DNA of 33,036 nucleotides from an uncultured Pseudomonadota bacterium (GTDB lineage Bacteria; Myxococcota_A; UBA796): NCBI GenBank assembly GCA_937127265.1, contig CAKZLX010000462.1, positions 1 to 33,036 of the forward strand, read 5' to 3'. Shown piece by piece: positions 32,472 to 33,036 of this stretch (position 1 is its first letter; each line of letters starts with the position of its first letter). The notes under the pieces were generated by a model. It saw only the letters and a program-made list of their open reading frames with translations, ran no database searches and was not told where the DNA came from. The position numbers and the translations under genes were made by a program.

Positions 32472-33036
32472 TTATCGACTGCAAAGATACTGATGCGAAA
32501 GCCAACGCTCTTGTTGTCCACTGGATAGATTGCCATAGGAACTAATATCGGTGGCACAAAAAACATCTCGTTCCACAACCGTGCGCTCTAAAAGAATCCT
32601 CTCAAAAGGCAACAAACCATCTAACTTTAATCGCATCAGTTGATCCAAACGGTTTGAGATCTGCACCCAGTCAGGAGAGGATACCAGTGTACCAGACACG
32701 ACTGCCGCATACAGGACCCAGGGATCATTTCTCATCTTGGGAATAGTTTGCAACCACTGCCCCAAGGCATACAGCAGTTCAATATCACGATGTGCAGACG
32801 ATACTTTTCGATGATGCAACTGTAATGACCAAGCGATAGTCAACCAAGTCGCACAAGCCACCAAACTATCGTTTTCCATATCCAATGCTTGAATGGCTTT
32901 GAGCGTTAATAAACCATGCTCATTGCGCAGTAGGATTTGTACATGATGATCCTCTCCCAAGCACCTCAAAGCATATTGTTTGCTCGTGGTCAGATCCTCT
33001 AGCGACCAATTCCAACGACCACGCTTGGCATACTCT
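32472..33036 (-). CDS. Hypothetical protein; the 5' end lies beyond the right window edge
   Basis: The ORF track starts this ORF at a TTG at 32969. The frame stays open up to 33036 (...EYAKRGRWNWSLEDLTTSKQYA-LRCLGEDHH...), so the gene is probably truncated by the window. No motif recognised. Confidence 0.45.
   Translation of the reverse strand, partial: EYAKRGRWNWSLEDLTTSKQYALRCLGEDHHVQILLRNEHGLLTLKAIQALDMENDSLVACATWLTIAWSLQLHHRKVSSAHRDIELLYALGQWLQTIPKMRNDPWVLYAAVVSGTLVSSPDWVQISNRLDQLMRLKLDGLLPFERILLERTVVERDVFCATDISSYGNLSSGQQERWLSHQYLCSR

Overview
This is a 33-kb chromosomal window, moderately AT-rich by eye, from a Gram-negative bacterium. The gspC-to-gspN operon layout, large GspL/GspN and a sigma-54-type promoter are reminiscent of Myxococcota/Bdellovibrionota-like lineages, but that is inference only. 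There are three blocks. (1) Positions 1-9404, minus strand, hold the 5' part of a phage-tail-like contractile injection system (CIS) operon. Its order is sheath, tube, gpE-like tail assembly chaperone with a small downstream -1-frame ORF, a divergent sheath-like paralog, a second tube-family protein, an Afp7-like tube initiator, a gpD/gp27-like hub, gp25, a 236-nt non-coding spacer, and baseplate J. Baseplate J runs off the left edge and is absent from the supplied ORF track. No capsid, terminase, lysis or integrase genes are present, so this is not an obvious prophage. (2) Positions 10019-23585, plus strand, hold a complete type II secretion operon, gspCDEFGHIJKLMN. It diverges from the CIS operon across a 614-bp control region that contains a near-consensus sigma-54 -24/-12 element and two palindromes. 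(3) Positions 23592-33036 hold mixed housekeeping and accessory genes: moaC, a GT51 transglycosylase with a long N-terminal extension, a TetR regulator plus a small ORF, a stand-alone secretin-N0-like protein, a Grx(CGFS)-HesB-like-rhodanese fusion, oligopeptidase B, an orphan CheB-like methylesterase, a putative outer-membrane protein, rpsU, and a partial hypothetical gene. I found no rRNA, tRNA, CRISPR array, IS element or integrase. The most interesting signals are four. First, the CIS operon has non-canonical content. Second, a G7 slippery run sits exactly at the chaperone stop codon with an open -1 frame. Third, the sheath and tube genes show ribosomal-protein-like codon bias. Fourth, the shared CIS/T2SS control region carries the sigma-54 element and palindromes. 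All family assignments come from motif recognition by eye, and no searches were run.
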